Notes under the pieces: generated by a model
Seen by the model: only the letters and a program-made list of their open reading frames with translations
What the model was told of the DNA's origin: nothing
Databases searched by the model: none
Made by a program: the position numbers and the translations under genes
Shown here: piece after piece, positions 35,828-44,947 of the stretch
Layout of the letters: each line of letters starts with the position of its first letter
Numbering within the stretch: position 1 is the first letter of the stretch
Assembly: GCA_030629105.1 (NCBI GenBank)
Contig: DAOVPS010000001.1
Location: 1 to 56,867, forward strand
DNA from: Candidatus Heimdallarchaeota archaeon
GTDB lineage: Archaea; Asgardarchaeota; Heimdallarchaeia; JABLTI01
DNA length: 56,867 nucleotides
Reading direction: 5' to 3'

Positions 35828-37219
35828 TTATCTCTTTTTTCCTCGAGTAATTTTTTTACCTTTACTACTGCCTTGTTGCAAAGCGGCTAAATCCGGCATG
35901 CTAGGCATTTTTCCTCCTCTTCTTCCTAATCCTTTCTTCATTCCCTTCATCATCTTTTTCATCTGATTAAATTGAGTCAATAATTGCTTAACATCTTTAG
36001 GATCTGTTCCTGAACCTCGAGCGATTCTTTGGACTCGTGTGCTTTTAATAACAGTAGGATTATCTAGCTCAGCAGCAGTCATTGATTCCATCATACACAT
36101 AAATTTCTTCATATTCTCCTCAGAGGTGTCTTCAAAACCTGCAGGTAATCCAGTAGAGAAGCCAGGTAAGAAAGACAAAATTTTAGACATTGAACCCATT
36201 TTACCAATATTCTGCATTTGAGCATACATATCTCTTAAAGTGAATTTTCCTGAGAGAAAAGCTTTAGCCATTTCTTCATCTGGTTCAATTTGCGCTGCTT
36301 TTACACTCTCAATCAAAGACTCTAGATCGCCCATATTCAATAAACGACCAACAAAACCTGTTGGATCGAATCTTTCAAGATCACCTATTTTTTCTCCAAC
36401 ACCAATGTATTTTATTGGAGCTTTAGTTGCTGCACAAGCACTTAGTGCACCACCACCTTTAGCTGAACCATCTAATTTTGTAACAATTATACTGCCAATT
36501 TCTGTTGCGGCAGCAAAAGCTAGGGCTTGCTCATATGCTTGTTGACCTAGAGTTCCGTCTAAAACCAAAACAATTTCATCGGGTTTTATTTGCCTAGCAA
36601 TTCTGGCCATTTCTTTTAACATAGCTTTTTCTTCTTTATGACGCCCAGCGGTGTCAACTAAAATTACTTCTTGCGTTTTTTGAAACTTGATGATTCCATC
36701 TCTCGCTAATTTTATGGAATTCTTTTCTTTTGGATTTCCATAAACAGGAACATTAGTTTGATCCCCAAGTTGCTTGAGTTGTTCATAAGCACCAGGTCTA
36801 TCAGTATCAGTACAAACTAAAGCCGGTTTCATTCCTCTCTTACTTAACCAACTCCCTAGTTTTCCAACAACTGTTGTTTTACCAGAACCTTGAATGCCTA
36901 CGAATAGCAATACACTCAACTTGCCTGGTTTTATTTTGAGTTTCTTGGCTTTGCCACCAAGAATTGTAACAAGTTCATCATGAACAATAGAAATCACATG
37001 TTTTTGACGAGGAATACCAGGAGGTAACTCCTCCTTTAAAGCTCTTTTTTCAACTCGTTCAGAAACCTCAAGAGCAATCTCAAGCTTGACATCTGCTTCA
37101 AGTAATGCTTTCATTAAGTCATTTTTTAGCTCACGAACGAGTTTAGCATCAACTGTCCCAGCACCGACTAATTTTTTCAATGCATTCGAGATAGATGAGC
37201 CTAATTTACCTAATACCAT
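35828..37219 (-). CDS. srp54: signal recognition particle protein SRP54
   Basis: GIQGSGKTT, DTAGRH, TKLDGSAKGG and a Met-rich M domain. ATG 37219 (MVLGKL...) is preferred over TTG 37231. Confidence 0.95.
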   Translation of the reverse strand: MVLGKLGSSISNALKKLVGAGTVDAKLVRELKNDLMKALLEADVKLEIALEVSERVEKRALKEELPPGIPRQKHVISIVHDELVTILGGKAKKLKIKPGKLSVLLFVGIQGSGKTTVVGKLGSWLSKRGMKPALVCTDTDRPGAYEQLKQLGDQTNVPVYGNPKEKNSIKLARDGIIKFQKTQEVILVDTAGRHKEEKAMLKEMARIARQIKPDEIVLVLDGTLGQQAYEQALAFAAATEIGSIIVTKLDGSAKGGGALSACAATKAPIKYIGVGEKIGDLERFDPTGFVGRLLNMGDLESLIESVKAAQIEPDEEMAKAFLSGKFTLRDMYAQMQNIGKMGSMSKILSFLPGFSTGLPAGFEDTSEENMKKFMCMMESMTAAELDNPTVIKSTRVQRIARGSGTDPKDVKQLLTQFNQMKKMMKGMKKGLGRRGGKMPSMPDLAALQQGSSKGKKITRGKKR

Positions 37220-37460
37220 ATTAAACACCAAATAAGAGATAGTTGGTTAATAATTACCGTTAAATTCTAATCTACTTATAGTTTTATCCTTTTTATTGAC
37301 TGTGTTATTTTGCTAAAAAAACCTTCGCATTTTGTAGAATTATTAAAAGGGTAAAAAAACAATTTATATACTGAAAAAAATCATTGAAAGTATAAAATAC
37401 GATGAAAACTTTAATAACATGAACCAAAAAAGTAAGTTCACTGAAAATAGAAGAGAAGAG

Positions 37461-37474
37461 AAGTTTTTAAAAGG
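37461..37474 (+). promoter_or_regulatory. BRE/TATA-like box AAGTTTTTAAAAGG (rpoE promoter candidate)
   Basis: Lies 37-43 nt upstream of the candidate Rpo7 starts, in the divergent spacer shared with srp54. Confidence 0.4.
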
Positions 37475-37510
37475 CAAAACTACTTTTGCGCATCTGGTTG
37501 TGAAAAAAGC

Positions 37511-38284
37511 TTGTATATGGTTGCTGAAGTCAGAGACACAATAAGGGTTATTCCTCGTCGATTTGGAGAAAATCTCGATGAAGTTGTCCTAGAAATTTGT
37601 CGAGAAACTTTCGAAGGTACGATTAGTAAGGATTTAGGTTTGACTATTGTTGTTATTGATCTTATTGAAATTGGTCCTGGGAGACTTGTCCCGGGAGATG
37701 GTGCTGCATTTTTTGATGTAGCATTTACCACACTCAATTATATGCCTGAAGATAGGGAATTTATCATTGGAGATGTTGTTGAGGTTACTGATTTTGGTGT
37801 CTTTTTAAGATTAGGCTGTGTGGACGCCTTATGCCATGTCAGTCAGGTTGCTGATGATTTCTACTCTTATAGCTCAAAAGAAGGAGCGCTCTTAGGACGA
37901 GAGAGTGGTAAAAGAATCAGTGTTGGTGATCGTGTTCGCGCTAGAATTATTGCCGTTACTATTGGTAAATCCCAAATTCGTGTTGGAGTTACTATGCGAC
38001 AAGCCGGTTTAGGAGTAGAAAGCTGGGTTGAAGAGTGGAAGAAAGCTACTGCGAAAGGGCAGAAAAAAGTAAAGAAAACTGAGAAAACAGAATCCAAGAA
38101 GAAAGAAGTAGCGAAGAAAGTCCCCGCTAAGAAAGCAGAACCCAAGAAAAAAGAAGCAGCTAAAAAGGAAGTAGCAAAGAAAGCCCCTGCCAAGAAAGCT
38201 GCAGCAACCAAGAAGGACGCAGACAAGAAAGCTCCTGCTAAAAAGGCTACTACAACCAAAAAGAAGAAAACAACTAAAAAATAA
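37511..38284 (+). CDS. rpoE: DNA-directed RNA polymerase subunit E (Rpo7) with a Lys/Ala-rich C-terminal tail
   Basis: N-terminal Rpo7 fold (VRDTIRVIPRRFG) and an S1 domain (GDVVEVTDFGVFLRLG..DALCHVSQV). Residues ~186-257 form the tail KKVKKTEK...AKKAPAKKAAATKK...KKKKTTKK. Confidence 0.9.
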   Translation: MYMVAEVRDTIRVIPRRFGENLDEVVLEICRETFEGTISKDLGLTIVVIDLIEIGPGRLVPGDGAAFFDVAFTTLNYMPEDREFIIGDVVEVTDFGVFLRLGCVDALCHVSQVADDFYSYSSKEGALLGRESGKRISVGDRVRARIIAVTIGKSQIRVGVTMRQAGLGVESWVEEWKKATAKGQKKVKKTEKTESKKKEVAKKVPAKKAEPKKKEAAKKEVAKKAPAKKAAATKKDADKKAPAKKATTTKKKKTTKK

Positions 38285-38324
38285 TAGATAGATATAGTAT
38301 TAAGTAAATAATTTGGTGTTTAAA

Positions 38325-38510
38325 ATGGCTAAAGCATGTAAAACTTGCCACAGAATTATTGAAGAAGGGAATCAATGCCCAAATTGTAAGACACACAATT
38401 TTTCTAAAGATTATTCTGGAGAAGTTCATATAATTGATCCAGAGAATTCAGAGATTGCTAAAAAGCTCAATATTAAGAAACCTGGAACTTATGCTCTCAG
38501 AGTGAGATAG
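38325..38510 (+). CDS. spt4: transcription elongation factor Spt4 (RpoE'')
   Basis: Zinc ribbon CKTCHRII...CPNC, about 61 aa, in the conserved position after rpoE. Confidence 0.85.
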   Translation: MAKACKTCHRIIEEGNQCPNCKTHNFSKDYSGEVHIIDPENSEIAKKLNIKKPGTYALRVR

Positions 38511-38533
38511 AAATCAATTTTCTATTTTATTAT

Positions 38534-39112
38534 TTGGTTGATAGTGAAATGAAAGAAAAATCAAATAGTTCTTTTAAGGAATATTTTCTTCCAGAAGAAA
38601 TGCATTCAGAATTAAAAGATCCATTAGGGGAACTCATTACTAAAGAACCAACTTTAAAGCTAATTAAATTAGTCGAAGAAGAAAAACCCCCGATCGTTAT
38701 TTTTGTTGGAGATTTTTGTGTTGAGGATGCATTAAAGCACGGATTAACTCCTGATATTTCCATAATGGACGGTAAGAATCTTCGTGAACCTTACCACGAA
38801 ATCTCAATTCATAACGCAAAAGTAATAAATAGTAATAATCCTCCAGCGAAAATAACCGTTGAATCTTGGACGAAAATAGCACAAGCTATAAAACAACAGA
38901 TCCAGAGAAAGGAAAAGAAATTACCAAAAGAACCAATAGTTCTTTTAATCACTGGAGAAGAGGATTTGCTTGTGTTTCCAGCAGTTTTGGAAGCACCAAA
39001 GAATTCCTTTGTTGTTTACGGACAACCACATGAAGGGATTGTTCTTATTAAAGTAACAATGAACGCAAGATTCAAATTTGAGAAGCTCATCGAACGCATG
39101 AAGGTTGAGTAA
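38534..39112 (+). CDS. DUF359/COG1909 protein (archaeal GTP-dependent dephospho-CoA kinase family)
   Basis: PPIVIFVGDFCVEDALKHGLTPDISIMDGKNLRE matches the DUF359 core. In the conserved position between spt4 and rps24e. Confidence 0.7.
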   Translation: MVDSEMKEKSNSSFKEYFLPEEMHSELKDPLGELITKEPTLKLIKLVEEEKPPIVIFVGDFCVEDALKHGLTPDISIMDGKNLREPYHEISIHNAKVINSNNPPAKITVESWTKIAQAIKQQIQRKEKKLPKEPIVLLITGEEDLLVFPAVLEAPKNSFVVYGQPHEGIVLIKVTMNARFKFEKLIERMKVE

Positions 39113-39113
39113 A

Positions 39114-39404
39114 ATGAAGATTAAAATCGTTGAAAAGAAGACCAATGTATTGCTCGACAGATTAGAAGTATCTTTCGTAGTTGAATCAGAGAAAGAAACA
39201 CCAAAGAGACTTGAAATTAGATCTAAACTTGCAGCATTGATCAACTATGATGAAAATCTAGTAATAATTAAGGGAATACATCAAGAAACTGGAAATCGAA
39301 AAAGCAAGGGAATGGCACATGCCTATAAATCAGTTGATAACTTGAAAAAAGTAGAACCAGAATACTTGATCAAAAGAAATACACCAAAAGCTCCGAAAGA
39401 ATAA
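39114..39404 (+). CDS. rps24e: 30S ribosomal protein S24e
   Basis: MKIKIVEKKTNVLLDRLEVSFVVE...TPKRLEIRSKLAAL... Confidence 0.9.
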   Translation: MKIKIVEKKTNVLLDRLEVSFVVESEKETPKRLEIRSKLAALINYDENLVIIKGIHQETGNRKSKGMAHAYKSVDNLKKVEPEYLIKRNTPKAPKE

Positions 39405-39439
39405 GGAGCCAAGAAAAGCAATTAAGAGGTTAGACTGAA

Positions 39440-39616
39440 ATGCCCAAAGAAAAAAACCAAGAAGTCTGGAAATATTATAGCGTAGATAAATCAGGTCTTA
39501 AACGATTGAAAAAAGAATGTCCACGATGCAAAGGTTCATTCCTAGCCGAACACAAAGACAGAAGAACATGTGGTCATTGTGGGTATACTGAATTCAAAAC
39601 AAAAGGCAGTCGCTAA
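39440..39616 (+). CDS. rps27ae: 30S ribosomal protein S27ae (zinc ribbon, no ubiquitin moiety)
   Basis: Below the ORF-track cutoff. The 58-aa product [58 protein letters not shown] has a CxxC...CxxC ribbon. In the conserved position after rps24e. Confidence 0.85.
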   Translation: MPKEKNQEVWKYYSVDKSGLKRLKKECPRCKGSFLAEHKDRRTCGHCGYTEFKTKGSR

Positions 39617-39751
39617 ATGTTTCTTTTACTATTTTAAAGATACTCACAAAAATCCTACTAATTATATGATTGCATTCTAATAATTTAATAGAATGTGATT
39701 AAATCTTTTAATTAGAGTTAATTCTTTTAGTATACATAGGTGGCTAATTAG

Positions 39752-40384
39752 ATGAAGGAAGACTTGCGTGGTGCAGAATCAAAATTATTTTTCAAAAAAT
39801 GGTTTAACCTCCAGGCACTACATAAGGTTCGCTTTCCAAAAAGTTACCGGATAAAAGAGCTAGACTTTCAATTCAGAAAATCTAGAACTATTCATGAAGC
39901 GAAATTATTAGCAAAAGCCAAAGAAGCAGGAGTGAGAACTCCAATTATTTTTGAAATTGATATATCAAACACAACTTTGGTTTTGGAATATATAGAAGGA
40001 GAAATTTTGAAAACGTTATTACCGAAAATCAGCGAAAAAGAAATTCAAGAAATCTGTGAACAACTGGGAGAAGACATTGGAAGACTTCACAGTGCAGGAA
40101 TAATACACGGTGATCTTACAACATCAAATATAATAAAAAATCCAAATGAAAAACAATTAGCATTTGTTGATTTTGGACTAGGTTATATTTCAGATAGACT
40201 TGAGGATTTTGGAATTGATTTGTTTTTATTAGAACGAGCTTTCGGAAACACTCATTCTGCAATTTTTGTTGTTGCATGGAAAATGATAATTAAAGGATAC
40301 AAAAAGACTTCATCAAATAGTGAAGATATAGAAAACAAATTACTCGATATATCCTCTCGAGGTAGATATTCAGAAAGAATGTAA
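39752..40384 (+). CDS. bud32: KEOPS complex kinase Bud32/PRPK
   Basis: GAESKLF...RTIHEAKLLAKAKEAGVRTP...LVLEYIEG...IIHGDLTTSNII...FVDFGLG. Confidence 0.9.
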   Translation: MKEDLRGAESKLFFKKWFNLQALHKVRFPKSYRIKELDFQFRKSRTIHEAKLLAKAKEAGVRTPIIFEIDISNTTLVLEYIEGEILKTLLPKISEKEIQEICEQLGEDIGRLHSAGIIHGDLTTSNIIKNPNEKQLAFVDFGLGYISDRLEDFGIDLFLLERAFGNTHSAIFVVAWKMIIKGYKKTSSNSEDIENKLLDISSRGRYSERM

Positions 40385-40385
40385 C

Positions 40386-41057
40386 CTAAAGGTAATATTT
40401 TCTGTGTATACCAATAATAGTAGCCCACGCAAGATGTGGATCAAAATCTTCTGAAAACATTTGTAAATTGAAACCTACTTTACGAGTTATTCTGAAGAGT
40501 ATATTTTCTGGGTTATTAGCATCAATCATGGTAAATTGTCGAGCTGTTTGTAGAGCAACTTTACTATCTTGAGGATCTCGTAATCCAATGATTTTCCCAT
40601 TCGGATCTAAAATCTGCCAAGTATCAGATTCACTTATGAGTTTTATTTCGCCTCGTAAATTCCTTCCATAATCATAGACTTTCCAGGAAGCATCTGTATC
40701 TTTTAGAGGATTGACGGTTTTACCATCTATAGAAGCTATAATTCGATCCATATCATTCAAGAAAATATAACGTATATTGTAATCTTTCTTACTGATATAC
40801 TTCGACAAATCCCTACGTTCACAGGAACCAATCTTAGAATCAATTTCACTGTAAATGAAATAGGCATATTTTTGAGCATTAAATTTGTATTTTTTAAGTT
40901 TGAGAACAGGCAATAATTTTGGATCAGTAGCTGTTGATTCTTTTTGAAATCTTAAGCAACTTGGGCAAAAGAAATCATTATACAATTTCATAAATTCTGC
41001 ATTTTTCTGACAAAATTTACAGTTTAATTTTTTTCTTTTTGAATCTCGAGGTGACAT
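40386..41057 (-). CDS. zinc-ribbon protein with a beta-rich C-terminal domain (possibly tubby/LURP1-like)
   Basis: N-terminal CKFC...CPSC. The C-terminal repeated pattern WKVYDYGRNLRGEI...WQILDPNGKIIGL is reminiscent of LOR/scramblase-type barrels. Weak assignment. Confidence 0.35.
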   Translation of the reverse strand: MSPRDSKRKKLNCKFCQKNAEFMKLYNDFFCPSCLRFQKESTATDPKLLPVLKLKKYKFNAQKYAYFIYSEIDSKIGSCERRDLSKYISKKDYNIRYIFLNDMDRIIASIDGKTVNPLKDTDASWKVYDYGRNLRGEIKLISESDTWQILDPNGKIIGLRDPQDSKVALQTARQFTMIDANNPENILFRITRKVGFNLQMFSEDFDPHLAWATIIGIHRKYYL

Positions 41058-41251
41058 GGGAAGCTCTCCGAAAAACCTGTTGTATTAAGGGTAAACTCCT
41101 TTATTAAACAAACTAAATTTGATAATAAAAATATTGAAACTGCATATATAATTACAAAAGAATCCAATAGATTAAAAATCTTCATGGAAACAACTTTTTT
41201 AAACAGTAAATAAAAACACATGATATAATCTAGCTTTGTTGAGGAATAACG

Positions 41252-41602
41252 TTGAGCTCTGACGAATACGATGACGAAGAATTCTATGATGATGAAGAAG
41301 ACGAAGAAGAATGGGAATACTTTGAAGATGAGGAAAAAGTACCATTCAGAGATCGTGTGTCCATTAAAGATATCATTAAATTAGTGCTACTATTTGTGGT
41401 ATTTGCAACATTCTTCTTATATTTCAGGTATTGGGATTCACTTGTTACAATACTTGCTTTTGGTTCTGAGGATTTAGGACGATCCAGATTACTCTATGCT
41501 ACATTGGTTCTATTTCCATTTCTTGCAGCATTGTTTCTCAAGTTTCTAGTGGATGTTTCAAAAACACTCTTTATTCCACCTAAAGAGACTATATCAGAAT
41601 AA
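41252..41602 (+). CDS. small membrane protein with an acidic N-terminus
   Basis: TTG start. N-terminal SSDEYDDEEFYDDEEDEEEWEYFEDEE is followed by two TM helices. Confidence 0.5.
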   Translation: MSSDEYDDEEFYDDEEDEEEWEYFEDEEKVPFRDRVSIKDIIKLVLLFVVFATFFLYFRYWDSLVTILAFGSEDLGRSRLLYATLVLFPFLAALFLKFLVDVSKTLFIPPKETISE

Positions 41603-41613
41603 AAATGAAGTGT

Positions 41614-41647
41614 GGAGAAGTTTTCTCCAACAATTTTCTTATTTTAG
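41614..41647 (+). terminator. hairpin plus T-rich tract
   Basis: GGAGAA-gtt-TTCTCC (41614-41628) is followed by aacaattttcttatttt, 12 nt after the stop at 41602. Confidence 0.4.
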
Positions 41648-41654
41648 ATTTACA

Positions 41655-42179
41655 TTAAGATTTATGTATTTTCTTTAAGGCGTCTTCTACAACCCAACTC
41701 CAATAGGTTTCAAGAGCAGATTCGCCCCAATTGAATCCATTGTTTCGAAGAAGATTTCTTATGTAGATGCCGATGCCACCTTTATTCTTAATTCCCCAGA
41801 GTTTACCTTCATCTGCCATAATTTCTTCTGCTTTCTTAACAAATGGTTTTTCAAGATTTTTACTTAGAAAAGTAACTGCTTCTTCCCAGGATTTCTTTGT
41901 GATCTTTTTTCCATCATCCTTTGGTAACTTCGTTCTAACCTTCTCACGAATTACTTCTTCTGCAAGATCCGTTCCAATTTTAGTAAAGGTTGCATAAAGC
42001 GATTGTCGCATATGTGGGCTATCATCAACTTTGATTAACTCTGTTAATGGTTCAACAAAGCGATCATCACCGTTTTCTCCAATAAAATCAAAGAGCTCTT
42101 CTCTTTCTTTTGGATCCCTCTTTTCCTTAATCTGTTCTATCATTTTGGTATATTCAAAGTCACTCATCAAATCCCTCAT
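41655..42179 (-). CDS. hypothetical protein (HEAT-like N-terminal half)
   Basis: 174-aa ORF. DDRFVEPLTELIKVDDSPHMRQSLYATFTKIG resembles a HEAT repeat. The C-terminal half is unassigned. Confidence 0.45.
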   Translation of the reverse strand: MRDLMSDFEYTKMIEQIKEKRDPKEREELFDFIGENGDDRFVEPLTELIKVDDSPHMRQSLYATFTKIGTDLAEEVIREKVRTKLPKDDGKKITKKSWEEAVTFLSKNLEKPFVKKAEEIMADEGKLWGIKNKGGIGIYIRNLLRNNGFNWGESALETYWSWVVEDALKKIHKS

Positions 42180-42299
42180 AGATTATTGTCGGTAGAATGT
42201 ATTAATATTAGCTGAAGTAGTTCAAAAACATTTGCACTCGAAAAAATCTAGAAAAGGACATAGTTGTGAAATGTTCTGCTAAATTTTTAGCAGAAACTA

Positions 42300-42980
42300 C
42301 TATGGAGGTTTATTTTTCACGCCTTTCATATTTGCTCCAACTAAGTTAGCGTTCACTAGAATGGCATCCTTCAAGTCAGCACCCTCCAGTATTGCACCGG
42401 ATAAATCAGCGCCTTTAAGGTTAGTCTTTATCAAACGTGCTTCCTTCAAAAGAGCTTTTGTAAATATTGCTCCTGTAAGGTTAGTTTCTCTAAAAGATGC
42501 GAATTGAAGATTACAAAAGGTGAAATCAGCCCCACTAAAATCACTATAATCTAGGCTTGCTAAAGACAATTTTGAGCCATTAAATTTGGAACCTGCACCT
42601 TTAACTTCATAGAGGCTTCCATTCCCCATATCACACTTTGTGAAGATTGTGTTTATAATTATAGAATCATCTAGAACAGCGTCAGGCAATACTGCTTCAT
42701 GGAAATTTGCTTCAGTGAGGTTGGTTTTAATTAGCTTTGCTTCTTCAAGTTTTGTTTTTTTAAGGGAAGCTTTCTTCAAGCTAGCTCCTTCAAGATTAGC
42801 AGCATCTAAGCATGCTGCGTCTAAAATTGCCCCATCAAGGTTTGCATTAGTGAGATCAGTATCAAAGAAATCAACATCAATTAATGTTGCACCACTAAGA
42901 TCAACACCAGATAAATTAGCAGAACAATATGCATGTTTGTCTTCTGTTAATTTGGCTAGAACTTCCTCTCTTGTTGGCAT
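42300..42980 (-). CDS. pentapeptide-repeat protein
   Basis: Continuous A(D/N)LxG-type repeats (ANLSGVDLSGATLIDVDFFDTDLTNANLDGAIL...). ATG 42980 has GGAG 9 nt upstream; the ORF-track start is 43022. Confidence 0.85.
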   Translation of the reverse strand: MPTREEVLAKLTEDKHAYCSANLSGVDLSGATLIDVDFFDTDLTNANLDGAILDAACLDAANLEGASLKKASLKKTKLEEAKLIKTNLTEANFHEAVLPDAVLDDSIIINTIFTKCDMGNGSLYEVKGAGSKFNGSKLSLASLDYSDFSGADFTFCNLQFASFRETNLTGAIFTKALLKEARLIKTNLKGADLSGAILEGADLKDAILVNANLVGANMKGVKNKPP

Positions 42981-43158
42981 ACCGAGTATCTCCAGTGTCA
43001 GCAAACTAAAAACCCAAATCACGTATAATAAGGTTATTTGTGGTTTGGTTTATTGTTTTAAATAGAAAATCTTAGAGGGTTTAGAAGAAATATGCAAACA
43101 TGATCTCATAATTTCAGTTTATTTGAGAATTCAAAGTATTACAAAGGTGCTGATATAA

Positions 43159-43938
43159 TTGGAGTATAACCAATCCAAAGAAAGGTCAACTAGCTTAAAA
43201 AAAGAGGAAGTACGGAAGCTAATCAAATACAAATTAGAAGGAAAAATAGCTCAATTACCTTATGGCTTTTGGCGGTGTGATAAAGGAAAAGAACACTCAA
43301 GAATTGCAATAAAATATCTTATTGAAGAGCATCTGAAATTAAAATTGGAGGATATTCCAAAAACGTTGAGTGCAAAAACATTTCATGAAGCTGGATTATT
43401 TCGAATACTTGTTGAGTTTTTTGATTCTTCATATTACAAAGCCCTCGAGTATGCATATCCTGGTCACTTCGAGCCTTGGCAGTTCAAAAAAGGTATGACT
43501 GGTATATGGTCGGGTTCAACTGGTAAAAGCAGATCACTACAAGCAATCAAGAATTTACTAGAGAAATTAGATATAAAATTAGAAGAAATTCCAAAGAAAG
43601 TAAGCTATAAAATATTCAAACAAAACGGTTTAGGTGGAATGCTACAAACGCTATACAATAGTTCTCCTTATCAAGCAATAAGTGCTTTATACCCTGAAAA
43701 ATTCAAACCGTGGGAATTTAGCGTGAAAAATTACTGGACACAAGAAACATTGCAGACAGCAAGAGAATCAACGAAGTGGTTAATTGAAGAAAAACTGAAG
43801 TTTATTCCTGATGAAATTAGCAAAGTAAAAAGAAAGCATTTTTTGGATTTTAACTTAGGTCAAATGTTAAGAATTTTTTATCAGAATTCTCATCTGTTAG
43901 CTTTAACAGATGTGTATGATTTCCAAAAAAAATTATAG
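43159..43938 (+). CDS. protein built from three ~70-aa tandem repeats, family unknown
   Basis: Three copies of the pattern ...K.LIEE.LK...E(E/D)IPK..S.K.F...GL.GML...Y.SS.Y.A....YP..F.PW.F, e.g. YPGHFEPWQF and YPEKFKPWEF. Confidence 0.55.
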   Translation: MEYNQSKERSTSLKKEEVRKLIKYKLEGKIAQLPYGFWRCDKGKEHSRIAIKYLIEEHLKLKLEDIPKTLSAKTFHEAGLFRILVEFFDSSYYKALEYAYPGHFEPWQFKKGMTGIWSGSTGKSRSLQAIKNLLEKLDIKLEEIPKKVSYKIFKQNGLGGMLQTLYNSSPYQAISALYPEKFKPWEFSVKNYWTQETLQTARESTKWLIEEKLKFIPDEISKVKRKHFLDFNLGQMLRIFYQNSHLLALTDVYDFQKKL

Positions 43939-44085
43939 GTTTCGGGATGTACTTTTTTCGTTTATGAAAAAGTGTAATCTAGATAAAAAGATTTTTTATA
44001 TTATAACAAGAAAAGTGATAACTAATCGATAATACAAAAGCTTTCATATATAGTAACCAGATAAAAAGTACGATGTAGTAATGGA

Positions 44086-44514
44086 GTGAAGGGTAAATTG
44101 AAGCTAAGATTATTAGATATTCTTGTTTGTCCAGATAATAATGAATGGCCATTGAAGGTGCACATTTTTGAAGAAAGAAAAATTGAAAAGTCATTTTTAC
44201 CTGAAGAAGATGCTATTACAAAAGTTGTGTGCAGTTTGTATTGCCCAAAAAAACAACTAAAACTTTCAAAAAAGACTAAGAAAGAAGAAATTGTTGTGAC
44301 TAAGGATGCTAGTAAAATCAACTACGAAACTGATTGCAAAGAGTGTATATCATTTGAAATAGTTTCAGGTCTGATAGAATGTCCTAGTTGCAAGGTTTTC
44401 TATCCAGTTATAGGTGAAATACCACTGATATTGAAGAAAGAACTCAGAAATGAGGATATAGAAAAACAATTTACTGAAAAGTGGGCTGAAAAAATCAAAG
44501 AATTGAAGCTATAG
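44086..44514 (+). CDS. Trm112-like zinc-ribbon protein with a large insertion
   Basis: LLDILVCPDN...PLKV at the N-terminus and LIECPSCKVFYPVIGEIPLILKKE at the C-terminus match the split Trm112/UPF0434 motif. A ~70-aa Lys-rich insert lies between them. Confidence 0.55.
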   Translation: MKGKLKLRLLDILVCPDNNEWPLKVHIFEERKIEKSFLPEEDAITKVVCSLYCPKKQLKLSKKTKKEEIVVTKDASKINYETDCKECISFEIVSGLIECPSCKVFYPVIGEIPLILKKELRNEDIEKQFTEKWAEKIKELKL

Positions 44515-44654
44515 AATCATTATTTTATATGGATAGTTTACCAACTTTTATGCTAAAAAATTAACAAATATATGAAAAATGTCACCAACAAAAGATTATA
44601 ATTAAGAATCGTTAATTAACAATACGTTGGATAGAATGGTGACATGCAAATACT

Positions 44655-44927
44655 TTGAAGCAGGTGCCAGCAAAGGTGAGCAAGGACCTATCACGAATCG
44701 ATCCATTAGTAATCTATAGATGCAAAAATAGGCAATGTCGTCAAACATTCACACCATCCACAATAATGAATGTTGAAGAACAAAAAGTATTCTTCGAATG
44801 TCCAATCTGTGGATCCCAATATGAAGCACAATATTCACCAATATCAGAATTTCCTGATCAAGAAGTAATAATGCTCTTAGAAAGACCACGACTAATATAC
44901 ACAGGAACTAGAATTGCAAGTTCATAA
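44655..44927 (+). CDS. small zinc-ribbon protein
   Basis: YRCKNRQCRQTF...FECPICGSQYEA (CxxxxC...CxxC). TTG start with GGTGA upstream. Ends 20 nt before the GTPase gene. Confidence 0.5.
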   Translation: MKQVPAKVSKDLSRIDPLVIYRCKNRQCRQTFTPSTIMNVEEQKVFFECPICGSQYEAQYSPISEFPDQEVIMLLERPRLIYTGTRIASS

Positions 44928-44947
44928 AAAGAGAATGAGGTCAAAAA

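Noticed and set aside
37867-38259. 130-aa antisense ORF over the Rpo7 tail
   Set aside because: It is the reverse complement of AAG/GCT-rich repeats and yields an F/L/A-rich artefact.
42640-43065. 141-aa ORF antisense to the pentapeptide-repeat gene
   Set aside because: Periodic repeats keep antisense frames open. The sense strand has canonical pentapeptide repeats and an SD-supported start.
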